From assembly GCF_037042905.1 (NCBI RefSeq), contig NC_087250.1:19656001-19720000 (forward strand): 64,000 nucleotides of DNA, read 5' to 3'. Positions 12,656 through 24,935 of this stretch are shown one piece after another (position 1 is the stretch's first letter; each line of letters opens with the position of its first letter). This stretch comes from Lytechinus pictus (Eukaryota). The notes beneath the pieces were generated by a model. That model was not told the DNA's origin. It searched no databases and saw only the letters and a program-made list of their open reading frames with translations. The translations under genes were made by a program, and so were the position numbers.

Positions 12656-13947
12656 TATCAATATGTATTGATATAAAATGCAATTTTTCAATGTTGTGCT
12701 TGTCAGTTATTCGTATATTATTATTGTATTTTCTTTGTTATAAATGTGTGTATGAAAAAGTGTTGCTGAAACCAATAAATGAAATGAAATGAAATATCTT
12801 AGCTGATAATGTTTTAAAACAATTTATCAAGGAATGAATGTTAACATAATCAGAACCTAATGCAATATCGAACTAAAGTAAAATATATGTTCATTCCCCT
12901 TTGTAACAATAATTGTGCAATTTTGATAGAATGAACAACTTTATATTGATGTCGATTTTATGTATAATTGTTTTTTATTTTCATAAATTTGTCGTTATGA
13001 TATTTTCCTTTTTTTCCACAAATGCATCATGTCATTGGGACTACTGTATTACATTTTCAATAAAATTTCCTTGTCATCACCTTATGCAGGATGTACATTT
13101 TTATTTCCATATACCCATCTTTTTTAGGTTATATCAAAATGCATTTCCATATAGTGTCTGTTATTCAAAAATCTAGTTTATTTAAAATCGATTCAACAGC
13201 CTGAATGTCTAATTCACTGCATATGATAATGTAAATGGGAAAATTGAAAAAATAAATTGTTCACCCTTATTCTTTTCACCAAGATGTAATTTTCCAATTG
13301 AAATTTATTTTCATTTATATTGTCATTCTAAATAGGTTATAGGCTTATATACAGGATATGCACGCGCAAATCAAAGTTATTTATGATTATAGTCAGTTGA
13401 CCTTTAGTGGATGTGAAGGAGGGAGTGGCATAACACAACATTACAAACAAAGTATTGTTTGGATCCACCTTCTTGTGCATAGAGAGATGTATTTCTTACA
13501 TGGAAATCACTTATGATATCTTATTGTTTTCTCTTTCAGGTAAATCCGATCATTTTCAATATTCGTCCTTGATCCTGTTAAAGCTATAAGCTTTCCATTT
13601 TAAATATGCATTACAAGCGTTTAATTAGTTGAGACTCTGTTTTTCTTTTTTTTCTTTTTGTCATTACACAGTATTACACCACACAATAGAAAGGAAGAGG
13701 GAAATCGGAGAACAGAAGAGAGAGACCCAGAGATGAGAGGGGCAAAGAGAGTGATAGATAAAGGGAGGGGTATATTCACAACTAAAATATTATTGACAGT
13801 TTCCACCATTTCCCAGAATTGTCAGATTAAATCAATCAGAGGAAATGGAAAGAACATTTTTGTTATGTGACAACTATTGCCAATCAGCAAATTCATAATC
13901 AAGTGAAATCACGATTACTATAGGAAAATAAAAAAGTGCCGAAAATA

Positions 13948-14217
13948 CACTGTAAAAATTATGAGTAAAATTTTACCACCATGATGGTAATTATGTGTCC
14001 AACCTATTTTGGAAAGTATTTTACCATGTTTACCCAATGCGGGAAGCATATTGTCCAGTGAGGTTAAAAAATAATCAGCAATTAATTTAGAATGGGCAAA
14101 AAAATAATCACACTGGATAAATAAAAATGCCCCAAAGAAAATTAATGTCAGATGTTAGATGGACACATAATTACCCTCCCACATGGCTTACTTTTCACCA
14201 AATTTTTCTATAGAGTG
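13948..14217. mobile_element. CACT-terminal MITE (decayed)
   Basis: CACTGTAAAAATT ... AATTTTTCTATAGAGTG with internal inverted TAATTATGTGTCCA / TGGACACATAATTA. Confidence 0.55.
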
Positions 14218-15982
14218 TTAGAGTGTAAGAGTTTATTATATAGATAATCATTTCAGAGCCAAGATGATTTTTCACTTAGAATAAAAACATGGCAGCCGCT
14301 GATGATAGTTAGGATATGAACAACTATAGATTACATTTCTTCAGATATTTACAAGATATTATGACAATGATGATAGGGCGCCACTGGTTGATCGCCCCTA
14401 CTTTTTATTAAAATAGTTCAAACAAAGAAGAGAAATTAAGTAATTATACCCCTTATTTTTCGATTGATAAAAAGTTGACATAACGCTTGGGTCCTTTGTC
14501 CCCTATTAAAAAGAAGATAGTTTCAAGTTTCAAAATTTATTGATAAGAATCTACACATATTGGATCATTCTCAATATTACAAATAATACTTTTGATAGTG
14601 ATGATTAGGGGGGGGGCAACAACTGCCTCATTTTTTTTTTAGTTAAAAAAGAAGAGAGATAAAGAAAGCAGGATATTCGCCGCCCTGATGATGATGGTAA
14701 TTATAACGATGACAATGATCATAACAAAAAATATTGATTTCAATGATAATATTAATAGTGACAATATTGATCGTCATATTAATAGTAATAGTAATGAAAA
14801 CAACAATAAAACAAAAAAATAATTTACCATTAACATCCCCCTTTTCGTTATACAAAACATCAAGATAAATGGTTAATTTTAATGTGACATAAAAAAGGGT
14901 AAGGTTGGTTAAAATTTTGCATAAAAATATTCGGATTGTTGAAATCATGAAATTCGATCTGAGTACAATGTTCCTATTTCCATTATTGATTGAAAGTCAG
15001 TGCAGTGAAAATAGTGTAAGCTAGGAGTTGTCACCTGGGCCCGTCCCCCTAAATCACCACAGATCAATAGCCCATTTTGTCAGGGGACTATATTAAATAA
15101 TTATGCTCTAACTTTTAATGAAATATATCATTTCAAAAGTCAGAATATATGCTTTTCCTTTATATTTTGTGATCACTGTATTATTTTTTGCTCCTTAATT
15201 GTTTATTTTCCACGTACGATACCGGTGGTGTGATTTCAAAATTTCAATGCAGTGATTCAGAAGAAGAAAACTGCCCCCAGGCCGGGTGACCAGACGTCCC
15301 GTATTTCCCGGGATGGTCCCATATTTTGCTCCTTTGTCCGGCCCGCGAAATTATTTTTCCCACCGAGTTCTGGACCAACATATGAATATTCATGACTTGC
15401 GTCTTCGGATTAAGAGTACGCATGCGCGTGGACTTCGCCTCGACGCGAGCCGGTCGTAAGCATTCACATTGCTAAGAATGAATTAGCATCGTCAAATTAC
15501 CGGTACCCTTACATAGTTACATAGGCCTTATAGGCTTAGATCTATATATATATATATATATATCCATTTCTTAAACACTTATCAAACTAGCTGCCATTAA
15601 TGGCAAGACATGTGCTAGGCTAGGGCTAGCTTAGGCTAGCGCATTAACTTTACCTCAAATCTGGACCTGTCTAATGCCTGATACTAATAGTAATAGCCGA
15701 CTAATGCCATGGTTAACTTCGAACCGGTAAATTCCGAACTTTACGTTTGATTTTATTTACCATGGTTTGATATGTCTTGTCCGTATACAGAACCAGTCCT
15801 AGATCTAAAAAAAGATATCTTAGTTCTAGTCTAGTCTCTAGATCTAGACTCTGATCTATGCTGTATCAGCATGGAACAACTAGTGTACCAAGGGGGGGGG
15901 GGGGCAGACTGCCCCCCTGACGATTTACAACTTATCCAGGGGACGTGCCCCCCCCCCTTTGAGAAGCCAAATTAATAATCTG

Positions 15983-17304
15983 CAGTGGCGTAGCTAGGAT
16001 CTTTTTCCTGGGGGGGGGGCACTGGGGAGTCCTTGCATTTTCAGGAGGGGGGCACCGGCCATTTTTTCCGGTGTGTGTGTATGTGTCACAAGGGCGGATC
16101 GGACTTTCGCAAATAGGGGACGGGGCCCGAAATTATCTTCACCTTTATTTTCCCCGAGCAGTCATTTCTTAGTTTTATTCTTATAAAACAACATAAACAT
16201 GAAATAATCTCGTAAGCCTTATAAAAAGTGTGAGCGCGAAGCGCAAGCGATTTTTTTAAAAATAAATATTATGGGCAATGGTATGTGTGCATGGTTGTGA
16301 ACAAGATTCGTATGTAATTAGATGGTTACTGCAAACGCCAAGTACGAACAGAAATTTGTATTAACTGTTCTAGCATTATCGAAAAGGGACCTGTTAAGGA
16401 CTACTTTCAGTTACCCACGAAGACGGTATATATTTCAAGTAATGCGAGCGCGAAGCGCGAGCAATTTTTGACATTCTGACCTAACAAATTTTGTATTAAT
16501 AAATGGGATAGGTATGAAACTAAACAATTGGTGCGAGCGCGAAGCGCGATAGGAAGAAAATTGAGATTTTAGACCTAAAAGCAGGACACTCTATTCATTT
16601 TTGTAATCATAAATAGGATATAGTTAATTGGGTATCATTAATAATGCGATCGTGAAGCGTGAGCAGACAATTATTGATATTCTGATGTGAAACTGGATAA
16701 TTTAAGTACATTTTAAATAAAGAACATGCAGGCTATCGCGCATGTTTTAGATTTAGACCTAGAATCTGGGCATTCTGAATACATTTGTCTAATGGAACAT
16801 TATGGAATACACGTAGACATTATGAACTTGGCAAATCAAACAATGTGACCACGCAGCGTGAGCTTAAAATGCTGATATGTAGACCATAAAACGGACATTT
16901 AACAGAGCACTTAAATTTGTAATTAAATGAAAAAAAAAAAATATGAAAGCTCGAACGAAGTGCGAGCTAAAATATGTTTTGTATATTGACTTCAAAACTT
17001 GCTCCATATCAGCCTATTGAGCAAGATATGAATCTCATCGAACAGGCAATTCTGGCGCGAAGTGCAAGCAAAATTTTTTATATAGTAACATGAAAGATTC
17101 TTTTTTCAAGTCTTCCCCTCACATTATTTCATTCCCTCGCCTTCCTCCCCTTATTTTCCTTTTCTTTTTTTTTTCTTCTGTCTTTATTCTCCATTTCCTT
17201 TTTCTTTTCTTCTTTCTCCCCCCTTTTTTTTTTTTTGCTCTGCCAATTTTTTTTTTTTTTTTTGGGGGGGGGGCACGTGCCTCCCCCCCGTAGCTACGCC
17301 ACTG
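15983..17304. mobile_element. 1.3 kb element with CAGTGGCGTAGCTA TIR
   Basis: TIRs at both ends; reverse-orientation homologue of 62225-63540 along its length. Confidence 0.85.
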
Positions 17305-17820
17305 CTGCACTGGCGTACCTAGGATTTTCCAAAAGGGGGGCACATTTTTGGAGGATATTTCGTCCGTGAAAAAATGTGACAAGCCCCCCCCAAAAAAAAT
17401 AAAAAATAAAAAAATAAAAAAAATAAAAAAATCTTCACGTTCAAAAGAGGGGGCATACGTCTTTTTCATTGCATTTTTACATTACAAATTATTCATTTGG
17501 CTTCTCAAAGGGGGGGGGCACGTCTCCTGAATCAGTTGTAACTCGTCAGAGGGGCAGTCTGCCTCCCCCCCCCCCCCCCGTTTGGTACACTAGTGGTTCC
17601 ATGCTGATACAGCGTAGATCAGAGTCTAGATCTAGAGACTAGACTCGAACTAAGATAAAAAATAATTTTAGATCTAGGACTGGTTTTGTATACGGACTAG
17701 ACAAACCATGGCAAATAAGCTAACATCTGTTAAACGTAAAGTTTATTAAACGTAAACCTTATTAGACGTAAAGTTCGGTATTAACCAGTTCGAAGTTAAC
17801 CATGGCATTACTCGGCTATT

Positions 17821-17960
17821 CAGTGTTGTAGTCAAGGCTCAAACCTCCAAGGCCAAGGCCAAGGCCAAGGCTTCAATACCAAAGGCCAAGGCCAAGGCAT
17901 GGAAACCCAAGGCCAATGAAGGCCTGAAAACCTCAAGGCCAAGGCATTTCAAACTACTGC
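17821..17960. repeat. (CCAAGG)n-containing repeat inserted in one arm of the internal inverted duplication
   Basis: CAGTGTTGTAGTCAAGG followed by tandem CCAAGG; absent from the mirrored arm (15640-15700). Confidence 0.6.
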
Positions 17961-18469
17961 GCTAGCCTAAGCGAGCCCTAGCCTAGCACATGTCTTGCCA
18001 TTAATGGCAGCTAGTTTGATAAATTGGATATATATATATATATAGATCTAAGCCTATAAGGCCTATGTAACTATGTAAGGGTACCGGTAATTTGACGATG
18101 CTAATTCATTCCGAGCAACGTGAATGCTTACGACCGGCACTGGTCGCGTCGAGGCGAAGTCCACGCGCATGCGTACTCTTAATCCGAAGACGCAAGTCAT
18201 GAATATTCATATGTTGGTCCAGAACTCTGTGGGAAAAATAATTTCGCGTCCGGCCCACCCCTCACGGGACGTCTATTTTTCCCGTATTTCAGTATATAGA
18301 ACAAAATGTAGTTAATACATTTAACAGTGACGAATGTTCATCAAATAACCAACAGATAATCGATTACTAAACTTTTGCAAGTTTTTTTTTTTTAGTTTTT
18401 AAAATTATATTAAAAACACACCATATATAATTATAATTTTTGTCAGATGGTTGTTTTTGTTTGCTGGAA

Positions 18470-19345
18470 GTTTGAATTTTTCCCTTTTCTTTCTTTTATA
18501 TCCTTCTTTCTTCATTATTCTATCCTTCGCGCTGCTGACACTTTTTTGTTCCATCTATCTTTATTTCTTATCTTTCTTTCATGATCCTTTCTCTCGCTGT
18601 GTGTTCATTTTTCTTTCGTTTCTTTTTCTTTTTTGTTCCATCTATCTTTATTTCTTATCTTTCTTTCATGATCCTTTCTCTCGCTGTGTGTTCATTTTTC
18701 TTTCGTCCCTTCTTTCTCTTATTTGCATTCTTTATCAAATTTCCTTTTTATTATTTCCTTCTTTCCTTCTTTAAACTGTTCTTTACTTTCTTCTCCATTT
18801 CTTTCCTTTTTTCTTTTCGTTCTTTTTCTCCTTCCATTATTTTCTCTTTTTCATTCTTTCCTCCCTCTCTTTTCTCCCTAATTCTTTCATTCTTTATATT
18901 TTCCCTTCTAATTCCTTTCCCTTATTCTTTCTTTCCCTTCCATCCTTCTTCCTTCCTTCCCTAGCTTCCCGATCCCTTCCTGTTTTTCTTCTTTTATTGT
19001 TTCTTTCCTTTTATTCTTTTATCTTTCCTTCATTCTTTCTTTCCGCTCCTTTTTCTTAATTTTTTTTTTCTTTCTCTCCTTTATTTCGTCTTTCACACAT
19101 TTGTTCGTCTTCCCTCCCTCCCTTTCTTTTTCTTTCTTTCTATATTCATTTCAAAGAATGACGGAAACCTTTTTCTCTCTTTTATTATTTTTTATCCTTT
19201 TATTCTAACTTTTTTTAGTTTTTCCTTCATTTTCCCCTTCATTTTTTTATTTCTTTATTCTCAATTAATATCTTTTCCTTCTTTCGTATTTTCTTTCTCT
19301 CCTTCATTCTTTCGTTCACCCTTCCTTCCCATTCTTCATATTTTT
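18470..19345. repeat. Polypyrimidine low-complexity tract with a local ~85-bp duplication
   Basis: T/C-rich sequence; 18541-18620 repeated at about 18629-18705. Confidence 0.8.
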
Positions 19346-20563
19346 TCACAAGTGTATAACACTCTGTAGCCTTCTATGTTGATTTTTTTTGTCGATTGTC
19401 CCGTATTTCATTTTATGAAATCTGGTCACCCTGCTGCCCCCTTTCCCCGAGTTTTCCAGTCCATTATGTCTTCAGCATCACCTTGTTAATTTTTCGTGTT
19501 CCCATATTCCTTATTTGCCTATTTTTCCTCTTTATTTCAATTTTTCATTCATCGAGTAAATCAAGTCTCTATAATTCATCACATTAATTTTCAATAAAAA
19601 AGTGGAATTCATCTTGAATAATATTAATGATAATGCCAGACAAACCGAAATGGGGGATCTATCATGTAGCTCTAAACCAAAGAGAAGAAATTACATTAGA
19701 TTCATTATCATTTCTTCCGGACCTAGGCTAGTTTGTCGAAAATCAATTATGAATTATGATAATAGCGATGATTGCCAAATCATTGCATGTGCGCGCTGAG
19801 GGAACTAATCAGCCCCCCATGGCTGACCTTTGACCGCGCGTATCCTGTTTTCAGTGCGCGTGTCGCCACTCTGTCTATTGATAACTCTGACAACCGTGTC
19901 GCTATTAGGAAGGTCCACTCGATACGCGCATACAAATGAAGTGCGCGAACAATTTGGTAGTCATGCCATCGAAACCATGATCCGTTACAATACACTCACG
20001 GAGTGACAGCAAAATAGAAGTAAACTAATAGATTATGACAAAAGTAGATTAAAACAATAAAAACAAAAAATATACAAAATATTGAATAATTATGTACCTA
20101 GAAATTAGCCGAAGTGGAAATTAGACCAAGTGGAAATTAGCCGAAATTAGACCAACTGCACATTAGACCAACTGAATAATGGACCAAATGAGGATAAGAC
20201 CAACTGCAATATAGACCAAATGAATGATGGACCAAGTGACGATTAAACCAACTGGTATTAGACCAACTAGTATTAGACCAACCGACTATTAGACGAACTG
20301 GTATTAGACCAAATGCAATTAGACCAAGTGACAATGAAATACATTAGACGAAATGGCAATTAGACCAAATGAAAATTAGACCAAGTGACGATTAGCCCAA
20401 ATGGGCATTAGACCAAGTGGCTAATAGACCAAGTGGTCATTAGACCAATTGGCTATTAGACCAAGTGGTCATTAGACTAATTGGTTATTAGACCAAGTGG
20501 TCATTAGACCAAAAGAGAATTGGAGTAAGTTGGTTTATAGCCCGAATGTTGTTAGCCCATCTG

Positions 20564-20721
20564 GGGAGCGTTTCATGAAAGGACTTGTCGGACGTTTTAT
20601 CTGACAAGTCCCATTTTATCCGACAGTTACTATAGTAACAGTGCCTCTCAGCCAATCAGAATCAAGGAAAGATGTCAGATCTGACAACTTTGTCAGACAA
20701 AAATGTTGATGAAACGGTCCC
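20564..20721. mobile_element. MITE with CTG TSD
   Basis: CTG|GGGAGCGTTTCAT ... ATGAAACGGTCCC|CTG, inserted in the 20-bp array. Confidence 0.85.
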
Positions 20722-20779
20722 CTGATGATTAGACCAAGTGATATTAGACCATCCGTCAGTAAACCGTGACAGGTAGGGT

Positions 20780-21232
20780 GTATGTTTACACTTAATCGGC
20801 ATTTGAATCGGCTCGCGGTTCTGAACCGCGAGCCGATTCAGCATCGGCTTTTTCATAGCGTGTAAACGCGAGCAACTTGAATCGGCTCGCGGTTCAGAAC
20901 CGGCAATTTGCACCACCAAAGTAGTAGGTTCTGAACCGCGAGCCGATGCAGAATCGGCTTTTTTACTATATACGTGTAAACAGAAAGCCGATTCTGCACC
21001 GGCAATTTGTGCGCATTTCAATTACTTTACCATTATGACGTAATTGTAAGCGCACTGATCCAGCGTTGTTTTTATTATGACGTAAATTGTTGGTGTGCGT
21101 ATCATTTCAGGTTTTTGCATCGGCTCGCGGTTCTGAACCGCGAGCTGTAACAACGTGTAAACGCAAATCAAAAGCCGATTCTGCATCGGCTCGCGGTTCT
21201 GAACCAAAAGCCGATTAAGTGTAAACACGGTA
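20780..21232. mobile_element. Harbinger-like MITE with internal palindromic repeats
   Basis: GTTTACACTTAATCGGC ... GCCGATTAAGTGTAAAC; repeated ATCGGCTCGCGGTTCTGAACCGCGAGCCGAT. Confidence 0.75.
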
Positions 21233-21919
21233 TAAGTGTAAACACGGTAATTGATGCGCTTAATTACAAAGAGAGACAGGGAGCTGTGAAGGACTTCAGA
21301 GGAGAAGTAGAAAAAGAAGGAAAACAGAGAAAAAAGGAGGAATTAATATGTAGGGCCTAACTAATTGTAGCATGAAAAAATAATCTTGAAAATTGTCATG
21401 GATGATGAGTGAAACTAATACCACAATCTAATCTAAATAATATCATTATTCTTGACATTCAGTCGGCAGGGTATCGGGATATTTGGTACTAAAAGATATG
21501 ACAAAATTTATGACTGCTACCCCCTGTCATAACTTTTGTCATATCTTTTGCTTGTATAAAAGGATTACGCGCATTTAAAGCCGCGTATTTTTGGTGCGCG
21601 CTAAAGAGATGAGACGAAACTTATGACAATTTTTGTGACAAAAATTATGACATCCACCAGAATACCGATTTTGTCATATCTCTGAGAAAAGATAAAATAT
21701 GGAGAAAAGACAATGTTCAGAATACAGCCCCAGACTTTTCAAGTGAGGGAGGGGGAGCACATTTTTCCGAGGAAAAACTTGACAAGCAAAAATCATTTCG
21801 TCTACGAAAAAAAAATTGACAAGGAAAAAAAAAGAAGTTCTACACTTTCTAATAGTAGACCGGCCAAAAGTCAAAAAGTGCTCTAGATAAGGATTCGACG
21901 GCAAAATTTGTTAATGCTT

Positions 21920-24330
21920 GGCATCCCAGCTAAAAGTCTTGCAAAAATACCCAGGAATAGCGTACGGCCGGATGCCAAGCGCAATTTTGCGTGAAAGTGT
22001 CATTTTTAGCGTAAAAACTGAAAGAATGTCGAAAATCACGCATTTTGATATTTTGACGGATTATCATTATATTTTTAATTATCTTTGATATGAAATTATT
22101 TTTATTCAGAGTTTCAAATTATAAGTCTCATAAATATGCATTTTAAATTTGAATATTACACACACACATATAGCACAGGGAAACATAAAACCGCGATTTC
22201 CTCCAAATAAAAGTTTGTGAAAACTATCAATAGTTTAAAGTTTATATACGCAGCTTAAATTCTTCGATTTAACTGCGTTTATCCATCAAATGTATAGTAA
22301 ATGTCCTAATGTCACAAATATTAAAAGAATGTTCAAGTAAGATGGAAGATATCTCACTTTATGTTATCCGAAAGGAGACAATGTGCATTTTACCAGGTGC
22401 GCATTTTGAAAGAAAAATTGAAAATACCGTACATTATGTACATAATTACATGTATAAGTACATACTAAAGCGAGTTTTTAATTACATGTATAAGTGCATT
22501 CTAAAGCGAGTTTTTAATTGGATAGCACAATTTGTCAATTCTTTGCATCCAAGCTAAAAGTCTTGCGGAAGTCCTGAGGAATAACGTACGGGCGGATGCC
22601 AAGCGCAATTTTGCGTGAAACTGTCATTTTTAGCGTAAAATCTGAAAGAATGTCGAAAATCACGCATTTTGATATTTTGACGGATTATCATTATATTTTC
22701 AATTATCTTTGATATGAAATTATTTTTATTCAGAGTTTCAAATTATAAGTCTCATAAATATGCATTTCAAATTTGAATATTACACACACACATATGGCAC
22801 AGGGAAACATAAAACCGCGATTTCCTCCAAATAAAAGTTTGTGAAAACTATCAATAGTTTAAAGTTTCTTACGCAACTTAAATTCTTCGATTTAAAAGCG
22901 TTTCTCAATCGAATGTATAGTAAATGTCCTAATGCCACAAATATTAAAAGAATGTTCAAGTAAGATGGAAGATATCTCACTTTATGTTATCCGAAAGGAG
23001 ACAATGTGCATTTTACCAGGTGCGCATTTTGAAAGAAAAATTGAAAATACCGTACATTATGTACATAATTACATGTATAAGTACATACTAAAGCGAGTTT
23101 TTAATTACATGTATAAGTGCATTCTAAAGCGAGTTTTTAATTGGATAGCACAATTTGTCAATTCTTTGCATCCCAGCTAAAAGTCTTGCGGAAGTCCTGA
23201 GGAATAACGTACGGGCGGATGCCAAGCGCAATTTTGCGTGAAACTGTCATTTTTAGCGTAAAATCTGAAAGAATGTCGAAAATCACGCATTTTGATATTT
23301 TGACGGATTATCATTATATTTTCAATTATCTTTGATATGAAATTATTTTTATTCAGAGTTTCAAATTATAAGTCTCATAAATATGCATTTCAAATTTGAA
23401 TATTACACACACACATATGGCACAGGGAAACATAAAACCGCGATTTCCTCCAAATAAAAGTTTGTGAAAACTATCAATAGTTTAAAGTTTCTTACGCAAC
23501 TTAAATTCTTCGATTTAAAAGCGTTTCTCAATCGAATGTATAGTAAATGTCCTAATGCCACAAATATTAAAAGAATGTTCAAGTAAGATGGAAGATATCT
23601 CACTTTATGTTATCCGAAAGGAGACAATGTGCATTTTACCAGGTGCGCATTTTGAAAGAAAAATTGAAAATACCGTACATTATGTACATAATTACATGTA
23701 TAAGTACATACTAAAGCGAGTTTTTAATTACATGTATAAGTGCATTCTAAAGCGAGTTTTTAATTGGATAGCACAATTTGTCAATTCTTTGCATCCCAGC
23801 TAAAAGTCTTGCGGAAGTCCTGAGGAATAACGTACGGGCGGATGCCAAGCGCAATTTTGCGTGAAACTGTCATTTTTAGCGTAAAATCTGCAAGAATGTC
23901 GAAAATCACGCATTTTGATATTTTGACGGATTATCATCATATTTTTTATTATCTTTGATATGGGATTATTTTTATTCATAATTTCAAATTATAAATCTAC
24001 TAAATATGCATTTCAATTTGGAATATTACACACACATATATGGCAATATGACATACAAAAATCGTGATTTACTCAAAATAGAAGTTTGTGAACATTATCA
24101 ATAGTTCTAAGTTATTTTCTTCGATTGAAATTGGTTCATCTATTGAATATCGATCGTTTCTAATGTCACAAATATTAAAAGAACTTTCAAGTAAGATGGA
24201 AGAAATATTTTGCGAAAGGGGGCATGCAAAATTTAGCGGGGAGGGGGGGGGGGGCATTTTGAATGTAAAATTGAAGATACTGTAAATTATCAACATAATT
24301 ACATGAATAAGTACATACTTAAAACGAGTT
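21920..24330 (+). repeat. 623-bp tandem repeat (~3.8 units), ~1.5 inverted units at 25370-26310
   Basis: Near-identical ORFs recur at 22309, 22932, 23555 (period 623) and inverted at 25705-25917. Confidence 0.92.
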
Positions 24331-24711
24331 ACAAAATTTCTGGCCGCAACTGCCTCTTCCCCCCCCCCCCCTCCCCCCGCTGCCTAAGGTCATGTATAGT
24401 GTCCGAAAGGATTACATGGAGCTGAAAGTGTCCCGTTTTCAAGATAATATACCACTAGCGTAAAGGGGGGGGGGGGCAGACTGCCCCCCGACGAGTCACA
24501 ACTCATGCAGGAGATGTACCCCTGCCCCCCCCTGGCTCTTTTAGTCCTGCTCTGCTATGCATGCAGGCGAGACATAAAATAGGTATTGCCGTGGCAACGG
24601 CCATATTTGTTTAGACTTTGATAATCCAATAATTGAAGTAAAATGTAGATTGACAGAGTAGTTTAAAAATGCTAATTCGATCGTTTTATTCATACATGTT
24701 TATTTTCTATG

Positions 24712-24935
24712 CACTAGCGTACCTACGGGGGGGGGGGCAGAGGGGGCAGTCTGCCCCCCCCCTGACGAGTCCCAACCCATGCAAAAGACGTATCCATGCC
24801 CCCCCCCCGACGAGCTTGAAGACCTTTTTTGCCCCCCCCCCCCTGACGAGCTTGAAGACTTTTTTTTGCTCGTCAATTTTTTTGGCCGACGGTTTTGCAC
24901 CCCCCCCCCTGTGGAAAATCCTAGGTACGCTACTG
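24712..24935. mobile_element. MITE with 8-bp TSD
   Basis: CACTAGCGTACCTA ... TAGGTACGCTACTG; TSD TTTCTATG (24704-24711, 24936-24943); relatives at about 15878, 17308-17595, 24452. Confidence 0.85.

Larger units (their letters stand above)
15278..19433. mobile_element. hAT (Blackjack-like) non-autonomous element
   Basis: CAG(GCC)GGGTGACCAGA ... TCTGGTCACCCTG; TCCCGTATTT subterminal motifs; CTGCCCC(C) on both flanks (15271, 19434). Confidence 0.75.
10825..19889. mobile_element. 9.1 kb non-autonomous DNA transposon, 27-bp TIR, 8-bp TSD (P- or hAT-like)
   Basis: Perfect TIR CAGAGTTATCAATAGACAGAGTGGCGA at both ends; TSD ACAACCGT (10817-10824, 19890-19897); no transposase ORF seen. Confidence 0.9.
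10792..20100. mobile_element. Truncated CAACGAACGTAGA-family element interrupted by the 10825-19889 insertion
   Basis: 10792-10824 joined to 19898-20100 matches the reverse complement of the right end of 26408-27569 (...AGGAAGGTCMACTCGATACGCGCAT). Confidence 0.75.
4176..20765. mobile_element. Large unclassified TIR element with ~20-bp tandem subterminal arrays, hosting nested insertions
   Basis: Left array CCACTTGGTCTAAT (4190-4710) mirrored by right array ATTAGACCAAGTGG (20100-20755); termini GGTGAATTATCGGATAGTCTAA / revcomp GGTTTACTGACGGATGGTCTAA; flanks ATGACAGG (4168-4175) and GTGACAGG (20766-20773). Confidence 0.6.

Noticed and set aside
12900..13350. Possible L1/Tx1 ORF2 remnant on minus strand; possible L2 remnant at 40560-41360
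   Set aside because: Too decayed to support by eye; needs a translated repeat search.
18451..18964. F/L/S-rich membrane-protein-like ORFs (also 17090-17469, 31047-31530, 53451-53826, 62236-62436)
   Set aside because: Low-complexity pyrimidine or purine tracts.
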